Shown here: piece by piece, positions 1 through 8,898 of the stretch | How positions within the stretch are numbered: the stretch's first letter is position 1 | Layout of the letters: each line of letters begins with the position of its first letter | Source: Acidimicrobiales bacterium | GTDB lineage: Bacteria; Actinomycetota; Acidimicrobiia; Acidimicrobiales; SZUA-35 | Reading direction: 5' to 3' | Length of the DNA: 59,455 bases | Assembly: GCA_041576015.1 (NCBI GenBank) | Contig: JBFGLT010000002.1 | Span: forward strand, 1-59,455 | Translations under genes and position numbers: made by a program | The notes under the pieces: generated by a model | Seen by the model: only the letters and a program-made list of their open reading frames with translations | Database searches by the model: none | What the model was told of the DNA's origin: nothing

Positions 1-755
1 GGCGGTGTATTGGCGATGATGAACTCGGTGAGATCGGCGATCGAGGTGTCCCACTCGTCGACCTTGGCCTGCCAGTCGGCCACCCGTTGTTCGTACTCGG
101 CCTTGAGTTCGGTCGACTCGGTCTGGTCGGCCTCGAGCCCGGCGAGGACCCCGGCCAGCTGGGCCTCCAACTCGATCGTCGCCTGTGCTGCATCGGTCAC
201 GGCCGCTTCGGCGAGGCGCCCCTCCTCCTGCACCCGACGCATCTCGTCGAGGAGCTCGGCCGGTTCGGCATTTGCCTCCCGGATCAGCGAGTCCTGCCGG
301 TGAGCGTCGGCGATGGACCCGGCGCTGAAGAACGCCTCCTCCTTCCGGGTGGAGCGGACGAACCCGGCCACGGCGATCGTGGCGATCTCCTCTTTGAGCC
401 GGGCGGTTTCGTCCCTGGCGTCCTGTTGGGTCTGACGGGCCTGAGCCAGTTCGGCCTCGACCACCACGAGTTCGCTGCGTAGTCGGGCGACGGCCAGTTC
501 GGTGGTGGCGATCTCGGTGTTCAGCCAGATGATCAGATCGGCCAGTTCCTCGTCGGCCAGCTTGGCCGACTCCAGCTCCCGCAATGCCTTGGCTCGGTCC
601 TCGCGCAGCTCGTCCCGTTCTTTGCGGGCCTCCTCCAGCGAGTCCTGCGCGCCGGCCAGCGACGCCACAGCCGCCGTCGCGCACAGCATCGCTGCGCACG
701 CGAGGAGCAGTCGCCTTCCCCTCCCTCTGACCGGTGTGTGCGCCTGTTCCAACAC
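1..755 (-). CDS. Secreted or lipoprotein-like coiled-coil protein, N-terminal part (3' end runs off the window). It may be the coiled-coil N-domain of a cell-wall hydrolase-type protein, but the catalytic part is not visible.
   Basis: Absent from the ORF track because it has no in-window stop. Hand translation of the reverse strand from GTG at 755 gives VLEQAHTPVRGRGRRLLLACAAMLCATAAVASLAGAQDSLEEARKERDELRE...AEYEQRVADWQAKVDEWDTSIADLTEFIIANTP. I checked the frame in 60-nt blocks from about position 600 down to base 1 and found no stop; the first ~50 codons were read once, not block-checked. A signal-peptide-like segment is followed by heptad-rich E/A/L/R sequence. Confidence 0.6.
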   Translation of the reverse strand, partial: MLEQAHTPVRGRGRRLLLACAAMLCATAAVASLAGAQDSLEEARKERDELREDRAKALRELESAKLADEELADLIIWLNTEIATTELAVARLRSELVVVEAELAQARQTQQDARDETARLKEEIATIAVAGFVRSTRKEEAFFSAGSIADAHRQDSLIREANAEPAELLDEMRRVQEEGRLAEAAVTDAAQATIELEAQLAGVLAGLEADQTESTELKAEYEQRVADWQAKVDEWDTSIADLTEFIIANTP

Positions 756-958
756 CCTCGACCTCGACGGTAGGTGGGGTACATCCCCTCGACGACCGCC
801 CAATGCTAACCCTTCGCTTCAGGTTCCGCTCACCTCCACGGCCTGTGCCCTTCGGGCACGTTGCGTGAATGCACTTTCGACGTGGGTGGCCGCCGCCTAT
901 CGTGGTAGGAACGTCCCCCGATGAGGGGGCGTGTGCGCACCCACCAAGAGAGGAACAC

Positions 959-2248
959 ATGACCAAGTCGATCGTGAGTGGCGGCGTTGTCCTGGGGGCG
1001 GTCGTGGTCATCGTGTTGGGCCTGATCGGCGTCTACGATCTCAACGACTCGGGCCTGCTCAGCTGGGGAGCCGTCGGTCTGGTGGCGACGATCCTGTTCG
1101 CCTCCTTCGGAGGGTTCAAGCCGTTCTTCGCCCTCTCCGACCGAAGCCTCCGCCAACCCGGGTGGGAGGCCGATTCGGCCGAGGATCGAGAGGAAGAGCC
1201 GGCAGTGAATGGTGAGTCGGAGGTGGCCAACCCGGCTGCCCGTCGGCTGATCTCGGTGGGGGCCGACCCCGAATCCCCGCCCCGCCGACCGCTTTTCGAA
1301 GCTCGTCCCCTCGTCGTTCACCCCCCCGAGACCGAATCCGACGCCGCTGAACCCACCACACTGCGACAACGACCACCTCGCCGGCCCCTGTTCGGTGAGG
1401 CCCTGGGCGAACGCCTGGCCGAGGAGCGTCCCGCAACCGATCGGGCCGACCAGGAGGGATCAGAGGACGGGGAGGTCCCCGACACCGAACCCGAGAGCGA
1501 GGATTCGGCGGCCGAAACGCCGCCCACCGCCGAGGGTGGCGAGCGGCGTGAAGAGGATCCGGTCGACACGCTCGACGAACCGGCTGCGGGCATTGTGGTC
1601 GACACCGATCCCGATTGGGTCAGCGCCGGCGAGGAGGACACCGGACCAGCGACGCCCGACGATGGTGAAGGCGACCAGCAGCACCAGACCGTATCCCACG
1701 TCGAACCCGAAGCCGAGGCCGAGGTCGAAGCTGAACAAGAGGTCGAACTCGAGGTTGAGCCCGACACCGAAGGCGAAGCTGAGCCGGCCGGCGAATCGGA
1801 GGACCTGACGGACGAGCTCACCGAAGAGCTCCCCGAGGAGAGAGAAGAGGAGGCGCCGGCAGAACCAGCCGGTGAGCTCGACTCCGAGGTCGTCGCGGAG
1901 ATCTCGACCGACGACGCCGATCGGACCGATCCCGCGCGCGACGGTGAGGAACCATTCGAGACGACCGAGCTGCCGGTTGCGCTGACCGCACCGGGCGCCA
2001 TCGATCTGCATCGCTACTCCGCAGGCGAGGTCATGAGCATCGTCAAAGCCCAGGAGGGCGATCTGGTCGAGAGCCTGATCAGCGAGGGACTGTTGACGAC
2101 CGACGGACCGATCACCGATCGCGATGTCCGCACGATGATCTTCGTGGCGGTGTCGAGCAGCGAACTCATCGAGGTCCTGACGAGCGCCTTCGACGAGGCC
2201 GCCGGCTCCGGACCCCCCGAACTGACGGACCCGAGCCACGACGACTGA
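959..2248 (+). CDS. Membrane-anchored protein with two N-terminal TM helices, a long highly acidic low-complexity region and a small C-terminal globular domain; function unknown
   Basis: Track ORF 869..2248, trimmed to ATG 959 (MTKSIVSGGVVLGAVVVIVLGLIGV...) behind the SD-like GAGAGGA. D/E/P-rich middle (EAEAEVEAEQEVELEVEPDTEGEAE). C-terminal segment IDLHRYSAGEVMSIVKAQEGDLVESLISEGLL looks folded. Confidence 0.6.
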   Translation: MTKSIVSGGVVLGAVVVIVLGLIGVYDLNDSGLLSWGAVGLVATILFASFGGFKPFFALSDRSLRQPGWEADSAEDREEEPAVNGESEVANPAARRLISVGADPESPPRRPLFEARPLVVHPPETESDAAEPTTLRQRPPRRPLFGEALGERLAEERPATDRADQEGSEDGEVPDTEPESEDSAAETPPTAEGGERREEDPVDTLDEPAAGIVVDTDPDWVSAGEEDTGPATPDDGEGDQQHQTVSHVEPEAEAEVEAEQEVELEVEPDTEGEAEPAGESEDLTDELTEELPEEREEEAPAEPAGELDSEVVAEISTDDADRTDPARDGEEPFETTELPVALTAPGAIDLHRYSAGEVMSIVKAQEGDLVESLISEGLLTTDGPITDRDVRTMIFVAVSSSELIEVLTSAFDEAAGSGPPELTDPSHDD

Positions 2249-2295
2249 GGCAGACACGGCGCCGCCCACTAGGTTGCGCTCCAGCCGATCAGGAG

Positions 2296-3780
2296 GTGTT
2301 GAACGTGGGAGTCGTCGTTGCACTCGATGCCGGGACCACCGGAGTTCGGGCGCTGGCCATCGATGAGGGATCCAGGGTCAAGGGAATCGCCTACACCGAG
2401 TTCACACAGTTCTTCCCGCAGCCGGGATGGGTGGAGCACGATGCGGCCGAGATCTGGTTGTCGATCCAGCGGGTGATCGCCGACCTGGTGGATCGGATCG
2501 ACGAACCGGTGGTCGCCATCGGCATCACCGATCAGCGAGAGACGGTCGTGGCCTGGGACCGTCGCACCGGAGCGCCGCTGCACCGGGCGATCGTCTGGCA
2601 GGACCGACGCACCGCCGCCTATTGCGACCAATTACGCGAACAAGGTCACCTCGAGCTGGTGAGAACCACGACCGGTCTGGTGCTCGACCCGTACTTCTCG
2701 GGCACCAAGTACCGGTGGCTGTTGAACGACGGCGGCGTTGAGACCGATGAGAACCTCGCCCTCGGAACGATCGACTCGTGGCTGTTGTGGAAGCTCACCG
2801 GAGGCGCCGTCCACGCCACCGAACCATCCAATGCCAGCCGAACACTCCTCCTGGACATCGAGGCGCTCGCCTGGTCGCCGGACATGTGCGAGCTCCTCGG
2901 GGTCCCGATGACGGCCCTTCCCGCGGTCCGACCGACCAGCGGCCGGTTCGGTGTCACCGCCGACACCACAGCGCTGGGCGCCGGAATCCCCATCAGCGGC
3001 ATGGCCGGTGACCAGCAGTCCGCGCTGTTTGGCCAGGCCTGCTTCGAGCCGGGCATGACGAAGAACACGTACGGAACGGGAAGCTTCGTCCTCATGAACG
3101 TCGGTGACTCCAAGCCGGTGACGGTCGACGGTCTGCTGAGCACGGTCGCTTGGCAACTCGGGGACGACGCGACGCCCACCTACGCCTACGAAGGGTCCGT
3201 GTTCGTGACCGGTTCAGCCATCCAGTGGCTGCGCGACGGGCTCGGCATCATCGGCGAAGCGGCCGAGATCGGGCCACTCGCCGCCTCGGTGCCCTCGACC
3301 GGCGACGTCTACGTCGTTCCTGCGTTCACGGGACTGGGGAGCCCCTATTGGGATCCATACGCACGCGGAACGATCGTCGGGATCACCAGAGGGACCGGGC
3401 GCGCCGAGCTGGCCCGGGCGGTCGTCGAGGCCATCGCCTACAGCGTGCGGGACGTCGTCGATGCCATGACCGCCGGGTCGGGCCAGGCCCCTGCCGAACT
3501 TCGAGTGGACGGTGGAGCGAGCGTGATGGACCTCCTGCTGCAGTTGCAGGCCGATCAGTTGAACGTGCCCGTGACCCGGCCGGCCAACATGGAGGCGACC
3601 GCGATGGGAGCGGCCTATCTAGCCGGGCTGGCCGAGGGGTACTGGGGCGACCCGACCGACGTCGTCGACTCCTGGACCATCGACGCCCGGTTCGAGCCAG
3701 TTGACGACCGCACCCACGCCGACGAGCTTTACCATCGGTGGACCCAGGCGGTGGAACGGTCCCGCGGTTGGGCCGGCTGA
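2296..3780 (+). CDS. glpK: Glycerol kinase (FGGY carbohydrate kinase family)
   Basis: 494 aa. GTG start behind AGGAGG. Motifs ALDAGTTGVRA, DQRETVVAWDRRTGAPLHRAIVWQDRRT, FTGLGSPYWDPYARG and VDGGAS are typical of GlpK. Confidence 0.9.
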   Translation: MLNVGVVVALDAGTTGVRALAIDEGSRVKGIAYTEFTQFFPQPGWVEHDAAEIWLSIQRVIADLVDRIDEPVVAIGITDQRETVVAWDRRTGAPLHRAIVWQDRRTAAYCDQLREQGHLELVRTTTGLVLDPYFSGTKYRWLLNDGGVETDENLALGTIDSWLLWKLTGGAVHATEPSNASRTLLLDIEALAWSPDMCELLGVPMTALPAVRPTSGRFGVTADTTALGAGIPISGMAGDQQSALFGQACFEPGMTKNTYGTGSFVLMNVGDSKPVTVDGLLSTVAWQLGDDATPTYAYEGSVFVTGSAIQWLRDGLGIIGEAAEIGPLAASVPSTGDVYVVPAFTGLGSPYWDPYARGTIVGITRGTGRAELARAVVEAIAYSVRDVVDAMTAGSGQAPAELRVDGGASVMDLLLQLQADQLNVPVTRPANMEATAMGAAYLAGLAEGYWGDPTDVVDSWTIDARFEPVDDRTHADELYHRWTQAVERSRGWAG

Positions 3781-3802
3781 CAACCACCGGAGCGGTTGCC
3801 CA

Positions 3803-3818
3803 TTGACCGTGCGGTCAA
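3803..3818. promoter_or_regulatory. Perfect 7-2-7 palindrome TTGACCG-TG-CGGTCAA, candidate operator of the adjacent TetR-family repressor
   Basis: Read directly from the sequence. It lies between the glpK stop (3780) and the plausible TetR starts (3841/3847). Palindromes of this size are typical TetR-family operators. Confidence 0.45.
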
Positions 3819-3840
3819 GAAACCCTCTACCCTGGGTCGG

Positions 3841-4485
3841 GTGTCCGTGGCCCCCGACGATCGGAAGCTGACCTCGCGTGGCCAGGAACGTCGTGACGAA
3901 CTGATCCAATTCGCCGTCACCCGATTCGCCGAGCAGGGCTACCACCCGACGTCGGTGGCCGAAATCGTCGATGGGGTCGGCGTCGGCAAGGGGGTCTTCT
4001 ACTGGTACTTCTCGTCCAAAGAAGATCTCCTGCGGGAGATCCTCAGCGACGGCCTCCTCCAGATCCGCCGCCACCAGCAGGCGGCCATCCGCGACGAGCC
4101 GAATCCCCTCCACCGGATCGAGAAGGGGGTTCGGGCCTCGCTGGAATGGCTGTCCGACCACACCGAGGTCATGCTCCTGTTCGACTTCGCATGGACCGAA
4201 AAGACCTTCGCCGCAGATCTTCACAAGGGCTTGGAGATCTCGCTAGAGGACACCGCTCGACATCTCCGCGAGGCGATGCGGGCCGGCCTGATCCCGAGCG
4301 GTGATGCCAAGACGATCGCCATCGCCATTCGGGGAACCACCGAAGAGGTGGCCCGAGTGAGCGCAGCCGGGTTCGGCGAGGTCAACGTCGACGCCGTGGT
4401 CGACATGGTCATGGGCGGTGTGCTCGGTCCAGAACGGGGCCGGGACCGCCTCACCGTCCCCCGAAGAACAGATCCCGAGCGCTGA
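3841..4485 (+). CDS. TetR/AcrR family transcriptional regulator
   Basis: Track ORF 3796..4485. N-terminal HTH signature [48 protein letters not shown]. Start uncertain: TTG 3796 would cover the palindrome, so GTG 3841 or 3847 is preferred. Confidence 0.85.
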   Translation: MSVAPDDRKLTSRGQERRDELIQFAVTRFAEQGYHPTSVAEIVDGVGVGKGVFYWYFSSKEDLLREILSDGLLQIRRHQQAAIRDEPNPLHRIEKGVRASLEWLSDHTEVMLLFDFAWTEKTFAADLHKGLEISLEDTARHLREAMRAGLIPSGDAKTIAIAIRGTTEEVARVSAAGFGEVNVDAVVDMVMGGVLGPERGRDRLTVPRRTDPER

Positions 4486-5425
4486 CGGCGGCACCGATCG
4501 CTCCGGCCTCGGCGCCGAGGCGCGCCGGCACGATCGGCACCTCCGGCCGGTACGCCGCCCCCATCACAGTCTCGTTCATTCGCTCCTGGACGTCGCTGAT
4601 GAAATGCCGGTTGATCGCCGTGAGACCGCCGCCCAGGACGATGAGCTCCGGGTCGAGAATGGCAACCAGGCTGGCCAGGCCCTCGGCGATCCACCCGGCG
4701 AAGCGGTCCAGCACCACTCCGGCGCCGGGATCGTTTTCGGCCATGGCGGCCGACACGTGCTCGCCGCGAATGTCGGCCGGATCGCCGCCAGCCAGTTGCA
4801 CGATTCGCTGGCCCCGCCCTTCGGCCACGACCTCCCGCGCGATGTTGGCCAGACCCGCTCCCGACGCCACAGCCTCCCAACAGCCGCGTTTCCCGCAGGC
4901 ACACACCGGGCCGTTGGCGTTGATCATCATGTGGCCAGGTTCGCCGGCGAAGCCGTTGGCGCCGCGATGAATGCGCCCGCCGATGATGATGCCACCGGCG
5001 ATTCCGGTGCCCTGGTTCACCACGACCGCCGTCATGGCTCCCCGGGCCGCCCCGAGGCGGTGCTCGGCAAGGGCGGCACAGGTGGCGTCGTTCTCCGCCA
5101 CCGTCGGGATCCCGAACGCCAGGCGGAGGTCGCCCGCCATGTCCAAACCGATCACGCCGGGAACATTGGGCCCGTAGTGCAGGACCCCCTGATGGTCGAC
5201 CAGACCGGGTACACCGACGCCGATCGCCACCGGGCGCCCAGCCGCCTCGATGAGTTCGGTAACGACCCGGTTGATGGCGACCGGCAGCTCGGCTGGGTCG
5301 GTCTTGGGCGTGGACGCCTTGCGGCGCACCTGGATCTCCCCGGTGGTCGGGTCGGCGACCACGCCCATGATCTTGGTGCCACCGACATCGATGCCGACGA
5401 ACCGGTTGCGTGGTTCGATGCTCAT
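4451..5425 (-). CDS. ROK family glucokinase / sugar kinase
   Basis: C-terminal 324 aa of track ORF 4451..6457, starting [23 protein letters not shown] behind GGAGGG. ROK zinc motif [22 protein letters not shown]. The upstream 344 aa of the track ORF is antisense to the aminotransferase and has non-protein-like composition. Confidence 0.85.
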   Translation of the reverse strand: MSIEPRNRFVGIDVGGTKIMGVVADPTTGEIQVRRKASTPKTDPAELPVAINRVVTELIEAAGRPVAIGVGVPGLVDHQGVLHYGPNVPGVIGLDMAGDLRLAFGIPTVAENDATCAALAEHRLGAARGAMTAVVVNQGTGIAGGIIIGGRIHRGANGFAGEPGHMMINANGPVCACGKRGCWEAVASGAGLANIAREVVAEGRGQRIVQLAGGDPADIRGEHVSAAMAENDPGAGVVLDRFAGWIAEGLASLVAILDPELIVLGGGLTAINRHFISDVQERMNETVMGAAYRPEVPIVPARLGAEAGAIGAAVSARDLFFGGR

Positions 5426-5458
5426 AGACCCTCCAGTATGAGGGGTAGGCTTGCCGGG

Positions 5459-6775
5459 ATGGAGTTCCGCCGGATCAATCATCTCCCGCCCTATGTGCTC
5501 GGGGTCATCAACGAACTCAAGATGACCGCTCGGCGGGACGGTATCGATGTGATCGATTTCGGATTCGGAAACCCGGATCTCCCGTCGCCCGAGGTGGCGG
5601 TGAACAAGCTCACCGAGGCCGCCGGGAAGGAGCGGAACCATCGCTATTCGGCCAGTCGCGGCATCCCGAAGCTGCGGCTGGCGGCCGCCGACCTCTACCA
5701 ACGGCGTTTCGGCGTCCCGATCGATCCCGACACCGAGGTGATCAGCACGATCGGGGCCAAGGAGGGATTCACCCACCTGATGTGGGTTCTGCTCCAGCCC
5801 GGCGACGCGGCCCTCGTCCCGGCACCGAGCTACCCAATCCACATTTGGGGGCCGATCTTCGCCGGTGCCGCCATCCGGGAGGTCGCCCTCGCCGAGGGGG
5901 ACCAGTTCATCGCCAACCTGGAGCGGGCCTGGGAGTACTCCTGGCCGAAACCCAGAACGCTGGTGATCAGCTTCCCGCACAATCCGACGACGATCTGCGT
6001 CGATCTGGACTTCTTCGTCAAGGTGGTCGACTTTGCTCGCCGGCGGGATCTGATCGTCGTCCACGACAACGCATACGCCGAGTTGGGCTTCGACGGCTAC
6101 CAGCCGCCGTCGATCCTCGAGGTCCCCGGGGCCAAGGACCACTGTGTCGAGCTGTACTCGCTGACGAAGAGCTTCAGCATGGCCGGGTGGCGCGTGAGCT
6201 TTCTGCTCGGGAACCCCGCTGTGGTCGCCGCCCTCGGCAAGCTGAAGAGCTACCTCGACTACGGAACCTTTCAGCCGATCCAGATCGCCGCCACCGTCAC
6301 CTTGAACGAGGCGTCCGAACACCCAAAGCTCGTTCGAGACATCTATCAGAAGCGCCGCGATGTGCTGTGTGAGGGCCTCGGTCGCATCGGCTGGCCGATC
6401 GAGAAGCCCCGCGGCACGATGTTCGTCTGGGCTCCGATCCCCGAGCCGTATCGACATCTCACCTCGCTCGAATTCGCCAGCTTCCTGGTCCGGGAGGCTG
6501 GCGTGGCGACCTCACCGGGCGAAGGATTCGGTCCGGGGGGCGAGGGTTTCGTCCGCTTCGCCCTGATCGAGAACGAACAACGGACCCAGCAGGCGATCCG
6601 CAACCTCAAAAAGGCGCTCCCCGCCCTCGACGGCGGAGCCGACTTCGGCCGAGCGAGGCTAGACGGAGCTGGCGCGTTCGAGACCAACCTCGGTGGCCCA
6701 CGACAGAGCCCGGGACCTCTCGGTCACCACGATCAGCTGGAAATGCTCGGTGAAAGCCTCCAGGCTGAAGAGTAG
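5459..6775 (+). CDS. Class I/II PLP-dependent aminotransferase (AspC/AlaA-like)
   Basis: C-terminal 438 aa of track ORF 4418..6775, starting [21 protein letters not shown]. Motifs NPDLPSP, SFPHNPT and the PLP-lysine motif [14 protein letters not shown]. An alternative ATG lies at 5438. Confidence 0.85.
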   Translation: MEFRRINHLPPYVLGVINELKMTARRDGIDVIDFGFGNPDLPSPEVAVNKLTEAAGKERNHRYSASRGIPKLRLAAADLYQRRFGVPIDPDTEVISTIGAKEGFTHLMWVLLQPGDAALVPAPSYPIHIWGPIFAGAAIREVALAEGDQFIANLERAWEYSWPKPRTLVISFPHNPTTICVDLDFFVKVVDFARRRDLIVVHDNAYAELGFDGYQPPSILEVPGAKDHCVELYSLTKSFSMAGWRVSFLLGNPAVVAALGKLKSYLDYGTFQPIQIAATVTLNEASEHPKLVRDIYQKRRDVLCEGLGRIGWPIEKPRGTMFVWAPIPEPYRHLTSLEFASFLVREAGVATSPGEGFGPGGEGFVRFALIENEQRTQQAIRNLKKALPALDGGADFGRARLDGAGAFETNLGGPRQSPGPLGHHDQLEMLGESLQAEE

Positions 6776-8317
6776 ATCTTCCACTTCGTCGTCGGTGAGC
6801 TGACCGAAGTGACCGGTCAGAACGACCGGCACCGACGATGTCCCGGCGCTCGCATTGATGCGCTCGAGGTGGGGAAGGAGGTTGTCCAGCGCTTCAGCGG
6901 CGGTCGCCCGCCCCGGCTGTTGGGACCGAGCGATCTGGAGTTGGAGACGCTGGGCCGTGCGGGCGGTGTGCTCGGCCGCTGCTTCCATCTGATCGATCCG
7001 AGCCATGGCCTTGGCGTGCCTCTCGAGCGCCTTCTCGGCCGAAGCGATCTGGTCTTCGATGTCGTCGGGTGCGATCCCGGCCTTCTCCCGAGCGGTTCGT
7101 TCGGTGATCTCGATCCATTCTTCGGCCCACTGGCAGAGGTCACCGGGTTCCATGTTCTGGGGGATGCCGGCGCCGACGGCGGCGAGGGCGTCGTACAGCT
7201 TCTTCAGCCCTTCGATCCAGAGCGGGTTCTCGCGTTCGATCACATGGGTCTCGAGCGCAGCGCCGAGGTCCTCGGGAAGGACCTCACCGAGGTGGGGTTT
7301 GGCCGCCTCGGTGACGGCAGCCCGGTCGTACTCGAGCTCCCGGATGATCGGGTCCAGCGACCGCTGAGCCCGGGCCTCCTCCAGTTCGGCCTGACACCGC
7401 GCCAGGGCGGCGCTGGCAGCGTGGAGAGCGGCCTGCTTGTCCGGGGGTGCCTGCGGGTTCAGGCGGTGCATGGCGTAGGCCGTGTAGGTGGGAACGCCGA
7501 CCTTGGCTAGCAGTACCTCGAGCTCGGCATCCTCGGCGGCCGTGCGATCCCGGGGCCGCTTCTTGCCCCGCTTCTCCACGATCGGATTGGCCAGGTCGTC
7601 CAGCCGTCGTTCGTCCTCGGCGGGCAGGACGATCGGTTTGGCGTCGGCCCGGGCGGCGGCCAGATCGAACTCGGCGGCCTCGACGGCGGCGATGGCGTCC
7701 TCGATCCTGGTTTCGAGTTTGGTGACGTGCGACGCGTGCTTGCGTCGCAGGGCGTCGTAGGTTCGCCACTGGTCGATGAGATCGTCCATCCCGGCGGCTG
7801 ATTCGATCAGCGTCGGCGGCTGCTCCATCACCGTCGACAGCGCGTGGGCGACGGCATTGAGCTTGGCGACGACGCGGGGATCCATCATCTCCCCCGACTC
7901 ACCGGCGAGGTACGTGCGGAGATGCTGCAGGCGGGCGGCGGCCGCCGGGTCGAGGTCGGCCCGAATCATCTCGACGGCGACGGCATCGATCGTCGCCCGG
8001 CGCTGGAGCTGGTCGAGCTCGGCCTGCAAGGCGCTGGGGGCGGTGTCGCCGCCGGCCACGTCGTCGGTGTCGATCACGATGTCTTCGGTCGTCACGGGGC
8101 ATCGGAGCGCCGGCGACGCCGAACCATCGAGTTCGATCAGTCCCTGAGGCGTCTCGACCAACCCGTACACCCCGGAACCGTCACCGTTGGCAAGGGACCG
8201 GGCGGCGTTGATGACGGGCTGGCGGTCGTCGACACCTCGTCGCTGCATCACGGTGAGGAACGGATGCAGGTTCAACGAGCCCGATTGACCACCGAGGTCC
8301 AGACGGAGCAGGCGCAT
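6659..8317 (-). CDS. Coiled-coil protein with SMC/YhaN-like end segments but no Walker A or Walker B motif; function unknown
   Basis: Track ORF 6659..8356. Preferred ATG is 8317 ([24 protein letters not shown]); TTG 8356 is possible. Long A/E/L/R-rich helical middle. C-terminal [40 protein letters not shown] resembles a degenerate Walker B/D-loop region. Confidence 0.6.
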   Translation of the reverse strand: MRLLRLDLGGQSGSLNLHPFLTVMQRRGVDDRQPVINAARSLANGDGSGVYGLVETPQGLIELDGSASPALRCPVTTEDIVIDTDDVAGGDTAPSALQAELDQLQRRATIDAVAVEMIRADLDPAAAARLQHLRTYLAGESGEMMDPRVVAKLNAVAHALSTVMEQPPTLIESAAGMDDLIDQWRTYDALRRKHASHVTKLETRIEDAIAAVEAAEFDLAAARADAKPIVLPAEDERRLDDLANPIVEKRGKKRPRDRTAAEDAELEVLLAKVGVPTYTAYAMHRLNPQAPPDKQAALHAASAALARCQAELEEARAQRSLDPIIRELEYDRAAVTEAAKPHLGEVLPEDLGAALETHVIERENPLWIEGLKKLYDALAAVGAGIPQNMEPGDLCQWAEEWIEITERTAREKAGIAPDDIEDQIASAEKALERHAKAMARIDQMEAAAEHTARTAQRLQLQIARSQQPGRATAAEALDNLLPHLERINASAGTSSVPVVLTGHFGQLTDDEVEDLLFSLEAFTEHFQLIVVTERSRALSWATEVGLERASSV

Positions 8318-8362
8318 GTGGATCCCATCGACCCGATCGCCGGGCGGGTGTAGCAAAACGGG

Positions 8363-8842
8363 TCAGGGATTTCGCTCCGCCTGGGCGGCTCGCCTGGTCA
8401 CCTCTCTGCTGAACCGGTCCAGGGCCGCTCTCATCAGGATGTCCTCGGCGCGGCGGCGAACAAATCCGGGGACGGGAATGACCAGTTCGACCTCGAGTTG
8501 ATAGATCACGTCGGTTCGGTCGGGCTCATCGAGCGATGGGGCAAAGCGGTAGCTGCCGTCGAGCGTCCGGACGAGATCACCGCGTTCGAGCGACCAGGAG
8601 AACTCGTGGGGCAGATGGACGGTGTGGTAGAGAAGCTCGTAGCTCACGGAGCGTCCATGGGCGGACGCGGTGAACTTCGCCCGTTTCACCAGACCGTCCT
8701 CGTCGTGCTCGGTGACCTCGGCGGTGCTGACCCCCTCGGCCCAGCTCGGATAGGACGCGATGTCCAGCACGACCTCGAGGCATTGCTCGACGGTGGCGTC
8801 GACCGTCCGCCGCACGAGTCGCTGGTCCCTGCGCGCCGACAT
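8363..8842 (-). CDS. SRPBCC superfamily protein (polyketide cyclase/dehydrase-like lipid-binding fold)
   Basis: Last 159 aa of track ORF 8363..9226, starting MSARRDQRLVRRTVDATVEQCLEVVLDIASYPSWAEGV. Pattern and size are typical of SRPBCC. The upstream part of the ORF is R/P-rich junk. Confidence 0.75.
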   Translation of the reverse strand: MSARRDQRLVRRTVDATVEQCLEVVLDIASYPSWAEGVSTAEVTEHDEDGLVKRAKFTASAHGRSVSYELLYHTVHLPHEFSWSLERGDLVRTLDGSYRFAPSLDEPDRTDVIYQLEVELVIPVPGFVRRRAEDILMRAALDRFSREVTRRAAQAERNP

Positions 8843-8898
8843 CACCTCCGAGGGTAGTCGCACGACCGGCGCCGGCTTCGCACCTCCGTGGGTGCCGT

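Noticed and set aside
1650-1880. Possible DNA tandem repeat in the acidic region (GAGGCC/GAAGCT-type periodicity)
   Set aside because: It is imperfect codon-level repetition of Glu/Ala/Val codons within a coding low-complexity segment, not a discrete nucleotide repeat array.
4418-6457. Very long versions of the ROK kinase (668 aa) and aminotransferase (785 aa) ORFs that overlap each other completely
   Set aside because: Each recognisable domain starts at an internal Met (5425 and 5459). The extra N-terminal halves are simply the antisense of the other gene and have no protein-like pattern.
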